Below, piece by piece: positions 9,480 through 21,340 of a stretch of DNA of 64,000 nucleotides. Each line of letters opens with the position of its first letter. Positions within the stretch are counted from its first letter, which is position 1. The position numbers were made by a program, and so were the translations under genes. Source of the DNA: an uncultured Bacillota bacterium (GTDB taxonomy: Bacteria; Sysuimicrobiota; Sysuimicrobiia; Sysuimicrobiales; Segetimicrobiaceae); assembly GCA_963804645.1 (NCBI GenBank), contig CAWDRG010000006.1:1-64000 (forward strand). The letters run 5' to 3'. The notes under the pieces are model-generated. The model was not told the DNA's origin, searched no databases, and saw only the letters and a list, made by a program, of their open reading frames with translations.

Positions 9480-9797
9480 ATGGCGGGCTTTCCGTTCACT
9501 TACGCGGTGACCCCCTCCGAGGTCCAGGTACGCCTCGGCGGGTGGGTCGTGCGGCGCGTCGCGCTCAGCGATATCGAGCGCGCCGAGGCCCGTCCCTTCG
9601 GCCCCGATCTGATCATGAACGAACACTACACCAACGTGGCGGCGAAGGCGCGGGGGGTGTTCGTCATCCTACGCCGCAAGAGCGGGCTGGTCCGCAACTT
9701 CATCATCAACCCGTCCGACCCCGAGGCCTTTCTCGCCGACCTGCGCCGCGAAGCCCCGCATCTCGCCGGCGCCCGAGCCGGCGCAAGGGATTCCTAA
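9480..9797 (+). CDS. Small hypothetical protein (possibly bacterial PH-like)
   Basis: 105-aa ORF; RRVALSDIERAE...FIINPSDPEAFLADL resembles bacterial PH-domain proteins. Confidence 0.55.
   Translation: MAGFPFTYAVTPSEVQVRLGGWVVRRVALSDIERAEARPFGPDLIMNEHYTNVAAKARGVFVILRRKSGLVRNFIINPSDPEAFLADLRREAPHLAGARAGARDS
9641..9773 (+). repeat. Direct repeat, copy 1 (3' end of the small gene)
   Basis: Near-identical to 12479-12614. Confidence 0.85.
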
Positions 9798-9840
9798 CGG
9801 CCTTCCCTCTCGAGCACCGTGGGCGAACGGTGAGTCCCGG

Positions 9841-12288
9841 ATGACGAGGGCGCGGGTCGTCGTCATTGGAGCCGGGATCGTAGGCTGCAGCGCAGCGTTT
9901 TGCCTCACCCGCAAGGGGTGGCGCGACGTAGTTGTGCTGGATCAGGGGCCTCTGTTTGAAACCGGGGGATCTACCTCGCACGCGCCTGGGCTGGTGTTTC
10001 AGACCAATTCGTCCAAGACGATGACGGAGTTGGCCAAACGGACCGTGGCGCTCTACTCCCAACTGACCGTAGGTGCGCAGCCGTGCTACTACCCGGTTGG
10101 AAGCCTGGAGGTGGCGTACACTCGCGCGCGGCTGGAGGACCTCAAGAGGAAGCGTGGCTTCGCGATGTCGTGGGGACTCCCATCGGAACTCCTCACGCCC
10201 GCGGAGGCCGCACAGAAACTGCCGCTCCTGGATCCCACCAAGATTCACGGCGCGTACTACGTGGCCGGGGACGGCGTCGCGAAGGCGGTTCGGGCGGCCG
10301 AGGCGATGGCCCGGCTCGCTGAAGCGAGCGGCGCGACCTTTCGCGGCGGCATTGAAGTCACCGGCATCGATGTCGCGCAGGGGAGGGTGCGAGGGGTCGC
10401 GACCTCGGAGGGGCCGATTGCGACGACTCAGGTCCTCGTGTGCGCCGGCATCTGGGGGCCTCGCGTTGGTCGCCTCGCGGGGATATCGATCCCACTCACG
10501 CCGTGTCAACATCCGTACGCGAAGACAGCTCCGATCCCCCAACTGATCGGGGAGTCACGGGAAGCTGTGCATCCGATCCTGCGGCACCAGGACCGATCCA
10601 TGTACTTTCGCCAACACGCGGACTGTTATGGGATTGGTTCATATCGGCACGATCCGCTCCTGGTCGACCCAGACGCCATTCCCGTATACGGAGAGACTTC
10701 GGCGAGGCCTGCGGTGATGGCGTTCACCGCTGAACATTTCCAAGCCGCCCATGCCGCGGCCATCGAGCTGTTGCCGGCGCTGCGTGGCGTTGCACTCACC
10801 GATACGATCAATGGAATCTTCTCGTTCACACCGGACGGATTCCCGATTCTGGGCGAGTCGCTGGACGTCAGGGGCCTCTGGATCGCGGAAGCCGTGTGGA
10901 TCACGCACGGCGGAGGCGTGGGTGAGGTCGTGGCGGAGTGGATGGCGGACGGGTCGCCGAGCATCGACCTGCGGGAATGTGACGTGAACCGCTTCCCCGC
11001 TCACGCCGCGACGCCGGCATACGTTCGCGCGCGCGCGGCCCAACAGTACCGTGAAGTCTATGATATTGTTCATCCCCTGCAGCAGACCGGGCCTCCCCGT
11101 AATCTCCGCGTGAGCCCGTTCCACAGACGTTTGGAGGAACAGGGGGCGATGTTCTTCGAAAGCGCCGGCTGGGAGCGTCCGCTGTGGTTTCAGGCCAATG
11201 AACGTCTCGTGGACTCGGCGAACGCACCGGCCCGGTCCGGATGGGAGGCGCGTTCTTGGTCGCCGATTCAGGCGGCTGAACACCACGCCGCACGGTCGGG
11301 CGTGGTCATGGTCGATCTGACGGCGTTCACCAAGATCGAGATCAACGGCCCCGGCGCGCTGCCGTTCCTTGAGCGCCTGTGTGCCAACCGGATCGACCGT
11401 CCTGTTGGCACGGTGATCTACACGCCAATGCTGAACGAGCGTGGCGGGATCATGTGTGATGTGACGGTGACGCGTCTGGGAGATCATCGGTTTTTCATCG
11501 TGACCGGCGGCGCCGTCGGGATGCACGATCTCGCCTGGATTCGACGCCATGCGCCCAACGATGGGTCGACCCGGGTGGCCGACGTGACATCGATGTACTG
11601 TTCCATCGGACTCTGGGGTCCCCGGGCGCGCGACGTGCTGCGCGAGGTCTGTGCCGACGAGGTATCGACCAACGCCTTTCCGTATCTGACAGCGCAGTCA
11701 ATCAGCGTCGAGGCGATCCCAGCCGTCGCCCTGCGCGTGTCGTACGTCGGGGAACTCGGGTGGGAAATCTACACGCGCTCGGACTACGGCCTGCGGCTGT
11801 GGGATCTCCTCTGGGAAGCCGGGCGGCCGCACGGTGTTGTTCCCGCGGGCACTGCGGCGTTCGATTCCCTTCGTCTTGAGAAAGGATACCGTCTGTGGGG
11901 CGTCGACATTCACACGGAGTACAATCCGTACGAAGCCGGCCTGGGATTCGCAACGAAGCTGGACAAGGGCGACTTCCTAGGTCGCTCCGCACTCCTCCGC
12001 ATCAGGGCCGAGGGAATCGGCCGAGCGCTCTGTTGTCTCAGATTGAACGATGCCAACGCGGTGGTGATGGGTAAGGAGCCAATATTCCATGGTCACCGAA
12101 CCGTGGGGTACGTCACGAGCGCGAATTACGGCTACACGATAGGCGCGGGCATCGCCTACGGGTACCTGCCGCGGGGGTACACCGCTCCGGGTACGCTGGT
12201 CGACGTGCAGTACTTCGATCGTCGCTACGGCGCGACCGTGTCGAACGAACCGCTCTACGATCCCAAAGGGCTCACGTTACGGGGTTGA
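9841..12288 (+). CDS. Dimethylglycine oxidase / sarcosine dehydrogenase-like FAD oxidoreductase with GcvT domain
   Basis: VIGAGIVG FAD motif, GGSTSHAPGL, FSFTPDG, GWERP, SYVGELGWE, SLRLEKGYR. Confidence 0.92.
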   Translation: MTRARVVVIGAGIVGCSAAFCLTRKGWRDVVVLDQGPLFETGGSTSHAPGLVFQTNSSKTMTELAKRTVALYSQLTVGAQPCYYPVGSLEVAYTRARLEDLKRKRGFAMSWGLPSELLTPAEAAQKLPLLDPTKIHGAYYVAGDGVAKAVRAAEAMARLAEASGATFRGGIEVTGIDVAQGRVRGVATSEGPIATTQVLVCAGIWGPRVGRLAGISIPLTPCQHPYAKTAPIPQLIGESREAVHPILRHQDRSMYFRQHADCYGIGSYRHDPLLVDPDAIPVYGETSARPAVMAFTAEHFQAAHAAAIELLPALRGVALTDTINGIFSFTPDGFPILGESLDVRGLWIAEAVWITHGGGVGEVVAEWMADGSPSIDLRECDVNRFPAHAATPAYVRARAAQQYREVYDIVHPLQQTGPPRNLRVSPFHRRLEEQGAMFFESAGWERPLWFQANERLVDSANAPARSGWEARSWSPIQAAEHHAARSGVVMVDLTAFTKIEINGPGALPFLERLCANRIDRPVGTVIYTPMLNERGGIMCDVTVTRLGDHRFFIVTGGAVGMHDLAWIRRHAPNDGSTRVADVTSMYCSIGLWGPRARDVLREVCADEVSTNAFPYLTAQSISVEAIPAVALRVSYVGELGWEIYTRSDYGLRLWDLLWEAGRPHGVVPAGTAAFDSLRLEKGYRLWGVDIHTEYNPYEAGLGFATKLDKGDFLGRSALLRIRAEGIGRALCCLRLNDANAVVMGKEPIFHGHRTVGYVTSANYGYTIGAGIAYGYLPRGYTAPGTLVDVQYFDRRYGATVSNEPLYDPKGLTLRG

Positions 12289-12478
12289 TCTGTGCACGTC
12301 CCCGTTCGTCGCGCGCGCGACCCGGCGACCGTCGTTCGCCCAGAGTCCCCGAAAGCAGGTCGATACCTCCGAGGTTCGACAAACACAATTGCGGCCCCGG
12401 CGTGAGCGCCGCCACCACGGCCACCGGGACAGTGACACTCCGCGTGCCGCGCCCCGAGCGACGGCCTCGAGGCGTAAC

Positions 12479-12617
12479 GGCGAAGGGGGCGTGGGGGGTG
12501 TTCGTCATCCTGCGCCGGAAGAGCGGGTGGGTTCGCAACGTCCTCACCAACCCGTCCGACCCGGAGGCTGTTCTCGCCGACCTGCGCCGCGAAGCCCCGC
12601 ATCTCGCCGGCGCCTGA
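12479..12617 (+). repeat. Direct repeat, copy 2 (orphan 3' fragment of the 9480 gene, ending in TGA)
   Basis: Encodes GVFVILRRKSGWVRNVLTNPSDPEAVLADLRREAPHLAGA*; last ~44 bp before the stop are identical to copy 1. Confidence 0.85.
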
Positions 12618-12625
12618 CGGCGGCG

Positions 12626-13261
12626 CTACCGGGCGCGGACCGCGGCGAGCCGGACGCCGAGCCCGACGAGCACGACGCCGGACGCGCGCCGCGTGACGGT
12701 CAGCCACCTGGGATCCCGCGCGATCCGCGCCCTGAGGGCGCCGGCGCCGCACGCGATCAGCGTGAGCGAGACGACCGCGAACACGCAGAACACCCCGCCG
12801 AGGACCGCCATCTGGAGCGGGACGTCGCCGCGCCCCGCGTCGACGAACTGCGGGAGGACCGACGCGTAGAACAGCGCGATCTTGGGATTCAGGAACTCCG
12901 TGATGACGCCGCGCCGGTACTCGCGCCAGCCCGGGTCCCCATCCGGCGCGGCGGACCCGCCGGCCTCGAGGCCGCCCGTCGCGGCCCACAGCCGGATCCC
13001 GAGGTAGACGAGGTAGGCCGCGCCGGCGTCCTTCACGATCGCAAACGCGGTCGGCGACGCCGCGAGCACGCCGGTCAGGCCGGCTGCGGCGAGCCCGATC
13101 AGGACGCACGTGCCCGACAAGAGCCCCGCGGCCGCCGCCAGGCCGGCCCGCCGGCCGAGCGAGGATGCGCGGCTCATGACGAACAGGGTCGCGGGGCCCG
13201 GCGTGAAGGCCATCACGACGGCGACCGGAATATAGACGAGCAGCGTGTTGAGGGACGGCAT
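12626..13261 (-). CDS. LysE/RhtB family translocator
   Basis: TPGPATLFVM, GAAYLVYLGI, LNPKIALFY..LPQF. Confidence 0.92.
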   Translation of the reverse strand: MPSLNTLLVYIPVAVVMAFTPGPATLFVMSRASSLGRRAGLAAAAGLLSGTCVLIGLAAAGLTGVLAASPTAFAIVKDAGAAYLVYLGIRLWAATGGLEAGGSAAPDGDPGWREYRRGVITEFLNPKIALFYASVLPQFVDAGRGDVPLQMAVLGGVFCVFAVVSLTLIACGAGALRARIARDPRWLTVTRRASGVVLVGLGVRLAAVRAR

Positions 13262-13393
13262 CGCGGCGGTGGACCCCGTGTCCGGCGTGGCGGCGCGTGT
13301 CGGAGTTCGGGGGCGCGCGCGGGCACTCCTCGCGGCCGCATGGGGCGGCGGGCCCGGAGGAACGGTTCCGGGTGCGGCGAGAATCCTTCCGGC

Positions 13394-13909
13394 ATGGCCG
13401 GCGGCCGCACGACGGAGGAGGGGAGCGAGTTCGTGATGCGCTCGCGCACGCCCGGGCAGACCCGCGAGGTGGGCGATTGGCTCGGACGGCTGCTCGTTCG
13501 CGCAGGCCCTGCGGGGGCGGTCGTCGCGCTGTTCGGTCCGCTCGGTGCCGGCAAGACCTGCTTCGTCCAGGGGCTCGCGAGCGGGCTCGGCGTCCTCGGC
13601 GGCGTGCGCAGTCCGACGTTCGTGCTGATCCACGAGCACCGCGGGCCCGTGCCGCTCTTCCACGTGGACCTGTACCGGATCGGGCCGGATGACCTGGACG
13701 CGCTCGGCCTCGAGGAGATCGTGGACGGGCCCGGCGTGACGGCGATCGAATGGGCGGACCACGCGGGGAATGTGCTGCCGGTCGAGCATCTGCGCGTCGA
13801 GCTCGCCTACGGCGAGGGGGACGGCGAGCGGGGGCTGCGGATCGCCGCGCGCGGCGTCCGCTACGCGCCGGTCGTGGAGGCGCTGCGCGCGTGCGCGTCC
13901 TCGCGGTAG
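13394..13909 (+). CDS. tsaE: tRNA threonylcarbamoyladenosine biosynthesis ATPase TsaE (start could be 13433/13436)
   Basis: GPLGAGKT P-loop, SPTF, HVDLYR, IEWA. Confidence 0.93.
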   Translation: MAGGRTTEEGSEFVMRSRTPGQTREVGDWLGRLLVRAGPAGAVVALFGPLGAGKTCFVQGLASGLGVLGGVRSPTFVLIHEHRGPVPLFHVDLYRIGPDDLDALGLEEIVDGPGVTAIEWADHAGNVLPVEHLRVELAYGEGDGERGLRIAARGVRYAPVVEALRACASSR

Positions 13910-14640
13910 AGACCGCCACGCCGCTGGCGAGCTGCGCCGTCGTCGACGGGTCGGGCGTGCTGGCCGAGCAGACGCTGCGCGCGCCGATGCGGCACCTGGA
14001 ATGGCTGCTGCCGGCCGTGGACGACATGCTCCGCAGCCTGGCGTTGCGCCCGCACGAGATCCAGGGCATCGCGGTGAGCCGGGGCCCCGGCGGCTTCACC
14101 GGGCTCCGGATCGGCATCGCCACGGCGGCGGCCTGGGCGCGCAGCACGGGGATTCCGCTGCTCGGCGTCGAGACCCTCGAGGCCCTCGCGACGGTCGCGG
14201 GAGGCACCGGCTGGGTGTTCGCCGTGCTCGACGCGCACCGGGGTGAGGTGGCCGCGGGCCTGTACCGCGGCGGACCGGACGGTCTGCTCGTGCGCGCGGC
14301 CGGTCCGATCCTGGCCGCGCCGGAGGCCGCTTCGCGCGAGGCCGCGGCCGCGCTCGACGGCGCGGCCGCGGCCCCCGGAGACTCCGTGCTGGTCGTGGGC
14401 GACGGCCTCGAGCGGCATCGCGACGCGCTCCTCGCCGGTCTCGGCGGGCGCGGCGTCGTCGGCGGCGGCCACCTGCACCCGCGGGCCGCCGCGGTTGGGA
14501 TGCTCGGACGCGCCCGGCTGCTCGCGGGCGCGCAAGACGATCCGCACGTGCTCGCGCCGCTGTACGGCCGCCGGCCGGCGGTCCGGACGTGGCAGGAAAC
14601 TCCCGGAGGGTCGGGGAACCCCAACCGACCATGGTGCTGA
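13891..14640 (+). CDS. tsaB: TsaB
   Basis: VLAVETAT, GPGGFTGLRIG, DAHRGEV, PLYGR. Confidence 0.93.
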   Translation: MRVLAVETATPLASCAVVDGSGVLAEQTLRAPMRHLEWLLPAVDDMLRSLALRPHEIQGIAVSRGPGGFTGLRIGIATAAAWARSTGIPLLGVETLEALATVAGGTGWVFAVLDAHRGEVAAGLYRGGPDGLLVRAAGPILAAPEAASREAAAALDGAAAAPGDSVLVVGDGLERHRDALLAGLGGRGVVGGGHLHPRAAAVGMLGRARLLAGAQDDPHVLAPLYGRRPAVRTWQETPGGSGNPNRPWC

Positions 14641-15155
14641 CGGACCGCATTACGATCACTCCCATGCGGATGGAAGACGTGGGCCGGGTGCTCGAGATCG
14701 AGCAGCTGTCGTTCCCCACGCCCTGGCCGCGCGACGCATACACGCATGAGCTGCAGGAGAACCGCCTCGCGTGCTATCTCGTCGCGCGCGTGATGCACCA
14801 GATCGTCGGCTACACCGGCATGTGGATCATCCTCGATGAGGCCCACGTCACCACGATCGCCGTCGACCCGAGCCACCGGCGGCGTCAGATCGGGGAGCGG
14901 CTGCTCGTCGCGCTGCTTGACGAAGCGATGCGGCGCGGCGCGCGGTGGGTCACGCTCGAGGTCCGGAAGTCCAACACGGGCGCGCAGGCGATGTACCGCA
15001 AGTACGGCTTCAAGGACATCGGCCTCCGCAAGGGTTACTACAGCGACAACCGCGAAGACGCGATCGTGATGTGGACCGGGAACGTCTGGGAGCAGGCGTT
15101 CCAGGCCCGGTACAAGCGGAATCGCGCTGCGTTGGAACAGGACGCCGAGCCCTAA
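14631..15155 (+). CDS. rimI: Ribosomal protein S18 N-acetyltransferase
   Basis: IEQLSFPTPW, EAHVTTIAV, TLEVRKSN, GYYSDNREDAIVM. Confidence 0.93.
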   Translation: MVLTDRITITPMRMEDVGRVLEIEQLSFPTPWPRDAYTHELQENRLACYLVARVMHQIVGYTGMWIILDEAHVTTIAVDPSHRRRQIGERLLVALLDEAMRRGARWVTLEVRKSNTGAQAMYRKYGFKDIGLRKGYYSDNREDAIVMWTGNVWEQAFQARYKRNRAALEQDAEP

Positions 15156-15166
15156 GCTCCGCTCGC

Positions 15167-16234
15167 ATGCACGTCCTCGGGATCGAGACCTCCTGCGACG
15201 AGACCTCCGCCGCGGTGCTCGAAGACCTTGAGCGCCTGCGGTCGAACGTCGTGGCGTCCCAGGTCGATCTCCACGCGCGGTACGGCGGCGTCGTGCCGGA
15301 GCTGGCGTCGCGACGGCACCTGGAGCGCCTGGGCCTCGTGATCGACGAGGCGCTCGAGCGCGCCGGCGTCGGGCTCGACGGGATCGACGCCGTCGCGGTC
15401 ACGTGCGGACCCGGGCTCGTCGGGGCCCTCACCGTCGGGGTGGCGGCGGCCAAAACCCTCGCGTTCACGCTCGGGCAGCCGCTGATCGGCGTGAATCACC
15501 TCGAAGGACACATCTACGCGAACTTCCTCGGGCATCCGCACCTTCCGTTTCCCGCGCTCGTGCTGATCGTGTCGGGATCGCACTCGGACCTCGTGGTGAT
15601 GACCGGCCACGGCCGGTACGAGGTGCTCGGGATGACGCGCGATGACGCGGCGGGCGAGGCGTTCGACAAGGCGGCGCGCGCCCTCGGCCTCGGCTATCCC
15701 GGCGGCCCCGCGATCGACCGGGCCGCGCTCGGCGGCCGCGCCGGCGCGGTGGTGCTGCCGCGGCCGTTTCCCGACCCGGCGAGCTTCGAGTTCTCGTTCA
15801 GCGGACTCAAGACCGCGGTGGTGCGCGCGGTGCAGCGGCAGGGCGAGGGCGCGCTCGACCCGGCGTGGGTGTCGGACGCGGCGGCCGCCTTCCAGGACGC
15901 GCTGACTGGCGTGCTGGTCGACAAGGCGGCGCGCGCCGCCCGGGTGAAGCGGGTGCGGGCGCTTGTGCTCGCCGGCGGGGTGGCGGCGAACTCGCTCCTG
16001 CGGCGGCGGATGGGGGAGGCGGCGCAGGAGCTTGGGGTGCCGCTGTACGTGCCGCCCGCGTCGCTGTGCACCGACAACGCCGGGATGATCGCGGTCGCCG
16101 GGGCGTACCGGCTGGCGCGGGGAGAGCGCTCCTCGCTCGGTCTCGGCGCCTACGCCAACCTGGACCTCCTCGATCCCGTCCCGGAAACAGCCTCCGTGCC
16201 CTCTGGTGCCCTGAGCGGGCCGGAGGAGTTATAA
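15167..16234 (+). CDS. tsaD: TsaD t6A transferase
   Basis: LGIETSCDET, GGVVPELASR, HLEGH, DDAAGEAFDK, FSFSGLKT, CTDNAGMI. Confidence 0.96.
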   Translation: MHVLGIETSCDETSAAVLEDLERLRSNVVASQVDLHARYGGVVPELASRRHLERLGLVIDEALERAGVGLDGIDAVAVTCGPGLVGALTVGVAAAKTLAFTLGQPLIGVNHLEGHIYANFLGHPHLPFPALVLIVSGSHSDLVVMTGHGRYEVLGMTRDDAAGEAFDKAARALGLGYPGGPAIDRAALGGRAGAVVLPRPFPDPASFEFSFSGLKTAVVRAVQRQGEGALDPAWVSDAAAAFQDALTGVLVDKAARAARVKRVRALVLAGGVAANSLLRRRMGEAAQELGVPLYVPPASLCTDNAGMIAVAGAYRLARGERSSLGLGAYANLDLLDPVPETASVPSGALSGPEEL

Positions 16235-16311
16235 GCCTTAAATCCCGGTCCTACGAGCGAGATTGAGCGCGATTGTGAGCCCCCACACCCTGTTTTCGGC
16301 CGAATTTGGGG

Positions 16312-16341
16312 TTGCCGGTCCTCGAAACGATTCCCTATGAT
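16312..16341 (+). promoter_or_regulatory. groESL promoter
   Basis: TTGCCG-18 bp-TATGAT immediately upstream of CIRCE. Confidence 0.55.
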
Positions 16342-16350
16342 GGGGTTAGT

Positions 16351-16377
16351 TTAGCACTCAGCGTGATGGAGTGCTAA
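16351..16377. promoter_or_regulatory. CIRCE element (HrcA operator)
   Basis: Perfect TTAGCACTC-N9-GAGTGCTAA upstream of groES. Confidence 0.97.
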
Positions 16378-16407
16378 CAACAAACATCCCACGGAAGGGA
16401 GGCTCGT

Positions 16408-18355
<1,948 letters not shown>

Positions 18356-18384
18356 CGGGACGTTCGATCGGGCGCGAAGACGGT

Positions 18385-18420
18385 GCGGGCCGGGTCCCGG
18401 ATCTCCGGGACCCGGCCCGC
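18385..18420 (+). terminator. Stem-loop after groEL
   Basis: GCGGGCCGGGTCCCGGA / TCCGGGACCCGGCCCGC perfect inverted repeat (no U-tract). Confidence 0.6.
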
Positions 18421-18524
18421 GCGCATGCGCGACGCCGTGAGAGGAATTCGCGCGCGCCCGCGACAAATGGCCACGACGATCGAGTTTGTGGGGCGCAGGC
18501 ATTTGACGGCGAGGTGAGGATCCG

Positions 18525-18953
18525 GTGGCTGAGCAGCTGGGGGACCGGCGCATCGAAGAGTTTCTCGCGCCCCGTGACGTCGTCGTCCTGGCGACAGTGC
18601 AGGCCGACGGGGCGCCGCTGGCCGCGCCGATGTGGTTTCTCTACACGCCGGACGCCCTCATCATGATCAGCGAGGCCGAGACCCAGAAGGTGCGGAACCT
18701 CCGCCGCGATCCGCGGGTCTGCGTCGTCGCCGACTCGGGAACGCGTGCCGACGTCCGCGGGGTGATGATTCGCGGGTGGGCGGAGTTCCTCGCGGAGTCC
18801 GCGGAGCGCGCCACGTACGTCCGGGCGCTGCTCGACAAGTACCGGCCGGATCTGGCGCGCCTGTGGCGGGGCGAGGCGCTGCCGCCGGACCGGGTGTTGT
18901 TTCGCATCGTCCCGGCCGCGGTCCGAAGCTGGAACCTGCCGCCCGTCCCGTAG
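18525..18953 (+). CDS. Pyridoxamine 5'-phosphate oxidase-like (PPOX class) protein
   Basis: LATVQADGAP, KVRNLRRDPRVCV, RGVMIRGWAE. Confidence 0.85.
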   Translation: MAEQLGDRRIEEFLAPRDVVVLATVQADGAPLAAPMWFLYTPDALIMISEAETQKVRNLRRDPRVCVVADSGTRADVRGVMIRGWAEFLAESAERATYVRALLDKYRPDLARLWRGEALPPDRVLFRIVPAAVRSWNLPPVP

Positions 18954-19056
18954 GCACGCCGCCGGTGTCGGGGGGCGCCTGCCCCCGTTGAGGTGGCTGG
19001 GTCTCACGCCGGGTCAATACGAGGTAGATACGAGGGGGGGACCACGCAGGAGGACG

Positions 19057-19537
19057 ATGCGACGACCGGAGCATCGGCAGCCGCTGTGGGAGCGCAGATC
19101 CGCAGCCTCATCGCGGATCGGGTCAGGGCAGTCAGGGTAAAGGACGTCAACGCACGCGTGTCCACATACGCGCCGGACGTCCGTGCGTTTGATGTCGTGA
19201 ATCCCCTCCAGTCGATCGGATCGGATGCGATCAGAATGAGATTGGAGGAATGGTTCTCACCGTTCCACGGCCCGATCGGCTTGAGAGTCGCGGCCTCGGC
19301 ATTGCGGCCGGGACTGACGTGGCCTTCTGCCACGGGCTCAGCGGGGTCACAGGAACGAGGGCCGGTGGCGGGACGATCCAGACGTGGTACCGCACGACGA
19401 TCTGTTCTCGCAAGGTCGGCGGCGCATGGATGATCACCCATGCGCATCACTCGGTTCCCTTCGACGTCGAGAGCGGCAGCGCGTCGCTTGCTCTCCGCCC
19501 GGACCAGCAAGACGGCGAGCCGCCGTCGGACCGTTAG
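19057..19537 (+). pseudogene. Frameshifted SnoaL/NTF2-like (YybH-type) gene
   Basis: The AGGAGG-ATG at 19057 is out of frame with ...KDVNARVSTYAPDVRAFDVVNPL..., and a second shift near 19280 leads into DVAFCHGL...WMITHAHHSVPFD. Confidence 0.75.
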
Positions 19538-20559
19538 GACGTGCCGGCCCCGCTGAGGTGGCCGCGGGTCTCGGCGAGGGCCAGCTTGAGCTTGTCGACG
19601 AACCCGCCCTGGACCGCCTCGACCGCCTGCGCGATCGCGGCCTGGACCGCGGTGCGGTCCGACGCGCCGTGGGCCATCACCACGTTGCCGCGGACGCCCA
19701 AGAGCGGCAGGCTGCCGTGCCGGTCGATCGGGTTGGTCCATTCGATGAGCCGGTTCGTGACGCCGTCGAGGCGCGCGGGGTCCAGCGTGCCGGCGAGTTC
19801 GCCGCGCAGCCACGCCGCGACCTGACGCCCGAGTCCTTCGACGGTCTTCAGCACCGCGTTGCCGACGAACCCGTCGCACACGACGACATTGACCTCGCCG
19901 GCCATCAGGTGGTGGCCCTCGACCAAGCCGACGAAGTTGAGCCCGCTGCGGCCGAGCATCTCGGCGGCCTGCTTGACGACCCGGTTGCCCTTGCCCGGCT
20001 CGCGTCCGTTGCTCAGCAGCGCCACCGTCGGCTCCGCGATCCCGCCGAACACGCGCATGTAGGTCGCACCCATCACCGCATATTCGACGAGGTGGTGGGC
20101 CTCGCTGTCGATCGTCGGGCCGAGATCGATCAGAAAGGTCTGCGGGTGGATGTCGAGGATCTGCCGCCCGACGCACGCCCGCCGGATCCCCTGCAGCATC
20201 CCGATCTCGCGGATCGCGGCCAAGAGCGTGGGCCCGGTGCTGCCGGCGCTGACCGCCGCGTCCGCCCGGCCCTGATGCACGAGGCGCATCGTCACCGCCA
20301 TCGACGCGTCCGGCATCGCGCGCAGGGTCACGAGCGGCGGTGCGCCCTCGGGGACGGCGCGATCGCTCGGCACGAGCTCGATGCCCGGCCCCGCCGCGTC
20401 GCGCGGCAGCAGCGGCCCCACCTCGTCGGGGACGCCGACGAGCAGGATGCGGAGCGCGCCGTCGCGGGCCGCGGCGAGCGCCCCCGCGACAATCTCGTGC
20501 GGCGCGTGATCGCCGCCCATGCAGTCCACGGCGACCCGAATCGGCGGTGCCTCTGCCAT
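19534..20559 (-). CDS. plsX: PlsX-like phosphate acyltransferase
   Basis: VAVDCMGGDHAP, SAGSTG, EPGKGN, NFVGLVEG, VVVCDGFVGNAVLKTVEG, LLGV, AHGAS; somewhat divergent. Confidence 0.88.
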   Translation of the reverse strand: MAEAPPIRVAVDCMGGDHAPHEIVAGALAAARDGALRILLVGVPDEVGPLLPRDAAGPGIELVPSDRAVPEGAPPLVTLRAMPDASMAVTMRLVHQGRADAAVSAGSTGPTLLAAIREIGMLQGIRRACVGRQILDIHPQTFLIDLGPTIDSEAHHLVEYAVMGATYMRVFGGIAEPTVALLSNGREPGKGNRVVKQAAEMLGRSGLNFVGLVEGHHLMAGEVNVVVCDGFVGNAVLKTVEGLGRQVAAWLRGELAGTLDPARLDGVTNRLIEWTNPIDRHGSLPLLGVRGNVVMAHGASDRTAVQAAIAQAVEAVQGGFVDKLKLALAETRGHLSGAGTS

Positions 20560-20569
20560 GCCGCTCACC

Positions 20570-21340
20570 TCAGACCATCGTCAGCCCGCCCGAGATGCTG
20601 AGGACCTGGCCGGTGATGTAGCGGGACGCGTCGGTGCAGAAGAACGCCACCGCGTCGGCGATTTCCTCGGGCTGCGCCACCCGCCGGAGCGGGATCAGCT
20701 TGATCATCCGTTCGATCTTGCCGGCGTGCGCGGGGTCGCGCTGATTCTCGTGCAGCACCGCCGTGTCGGTCGGCCCCGGGCAGACGCAGTTGACCCGGAT
20801 CTGGTGGCGGGCCATCTCCCGCGCGAGCGACCGCGTGAGCGCGATGACGCCGCCCTTCGCCGCCGAGTACACCGCCTCGCCGGCCGTCCCGACGCGGCCC
20901 GCGTCGCTCGCGACGTTCACGATCGCCCCGCCGCCGTGGCCGGCCATCCACTCGAGGGCGACGCGGGTGCAGAAGACGGCCGTCCACAGGTTCTCGTCCA
21001 CGACGCGGCGCCAGTACGCCTCGTCTTCCTCGAGAAATCCGCTCGTGCGCGTCCACCCGGCGTTGTTGACCAGGATCTCCAGGCCGCCGAGGTCGCGCGC
21101 CGCCCGCTCGAGCGCCGCGCGGCACGCGTCGAACGCGGTGAGATCGGCGCGCACGGCGAGCCCCCGCACGCCCAGCGCGGAGACCGCCGCGGCGACCTCG
21201 TCCAGTTCCGACTGCGTCCGGGCGACGACCGCGACGTCGGCCCCGAGCGCGGCGAGGCGCAGGGCCGTCGCGCGTCCGATCCCGCGGCCCCCGCCCGTGA
21301 CGACGGCGCGGCGGCCGGCGAGCGGGGCGGGGTCGCTCAA
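20570..21340 (-). CDS. SDR oxidoreductase, BadH (2-hydroxycyclohexanecarboxyl-CoA dehydrogenase)-like
   Basis: TGGGRGIG, NNAGW, ASDAGRVGTAGEAVYSAAKGG, CPGPTDT, ITGQVLSISGGLTM; TTG start overlaps the upstream TGA. Confidence 0.85.
   Translation of the reverse strand: MSDPAPLAGRRAVVTGGGRGIGRATALRLAALGADVAVVARTQSELDEVAAAVSALGVRGLAVRADLTAFDACRAALERAARDLGGLEILVNNAGWTRTSGFLEEDEAYWRRVVDENLWTAVFCTRVALEWMAGHGGGAIVNVASDAGRVGTAGEAVYSAAKGGVIALTRSLAREMARHQIRVNCVCPGPTDTAVLHENQRDPAHAGKIERMIKLIPLRRVAQPEEIADAVAFFCTDASRYITGQVLSISGGLTMV

Noticed and set aside
9641..12617. Diversity-generating retroelement TR/VR pair
   Set aside because: Mismatches are not adenine-specific and there is no reverse transcriptase in the window.
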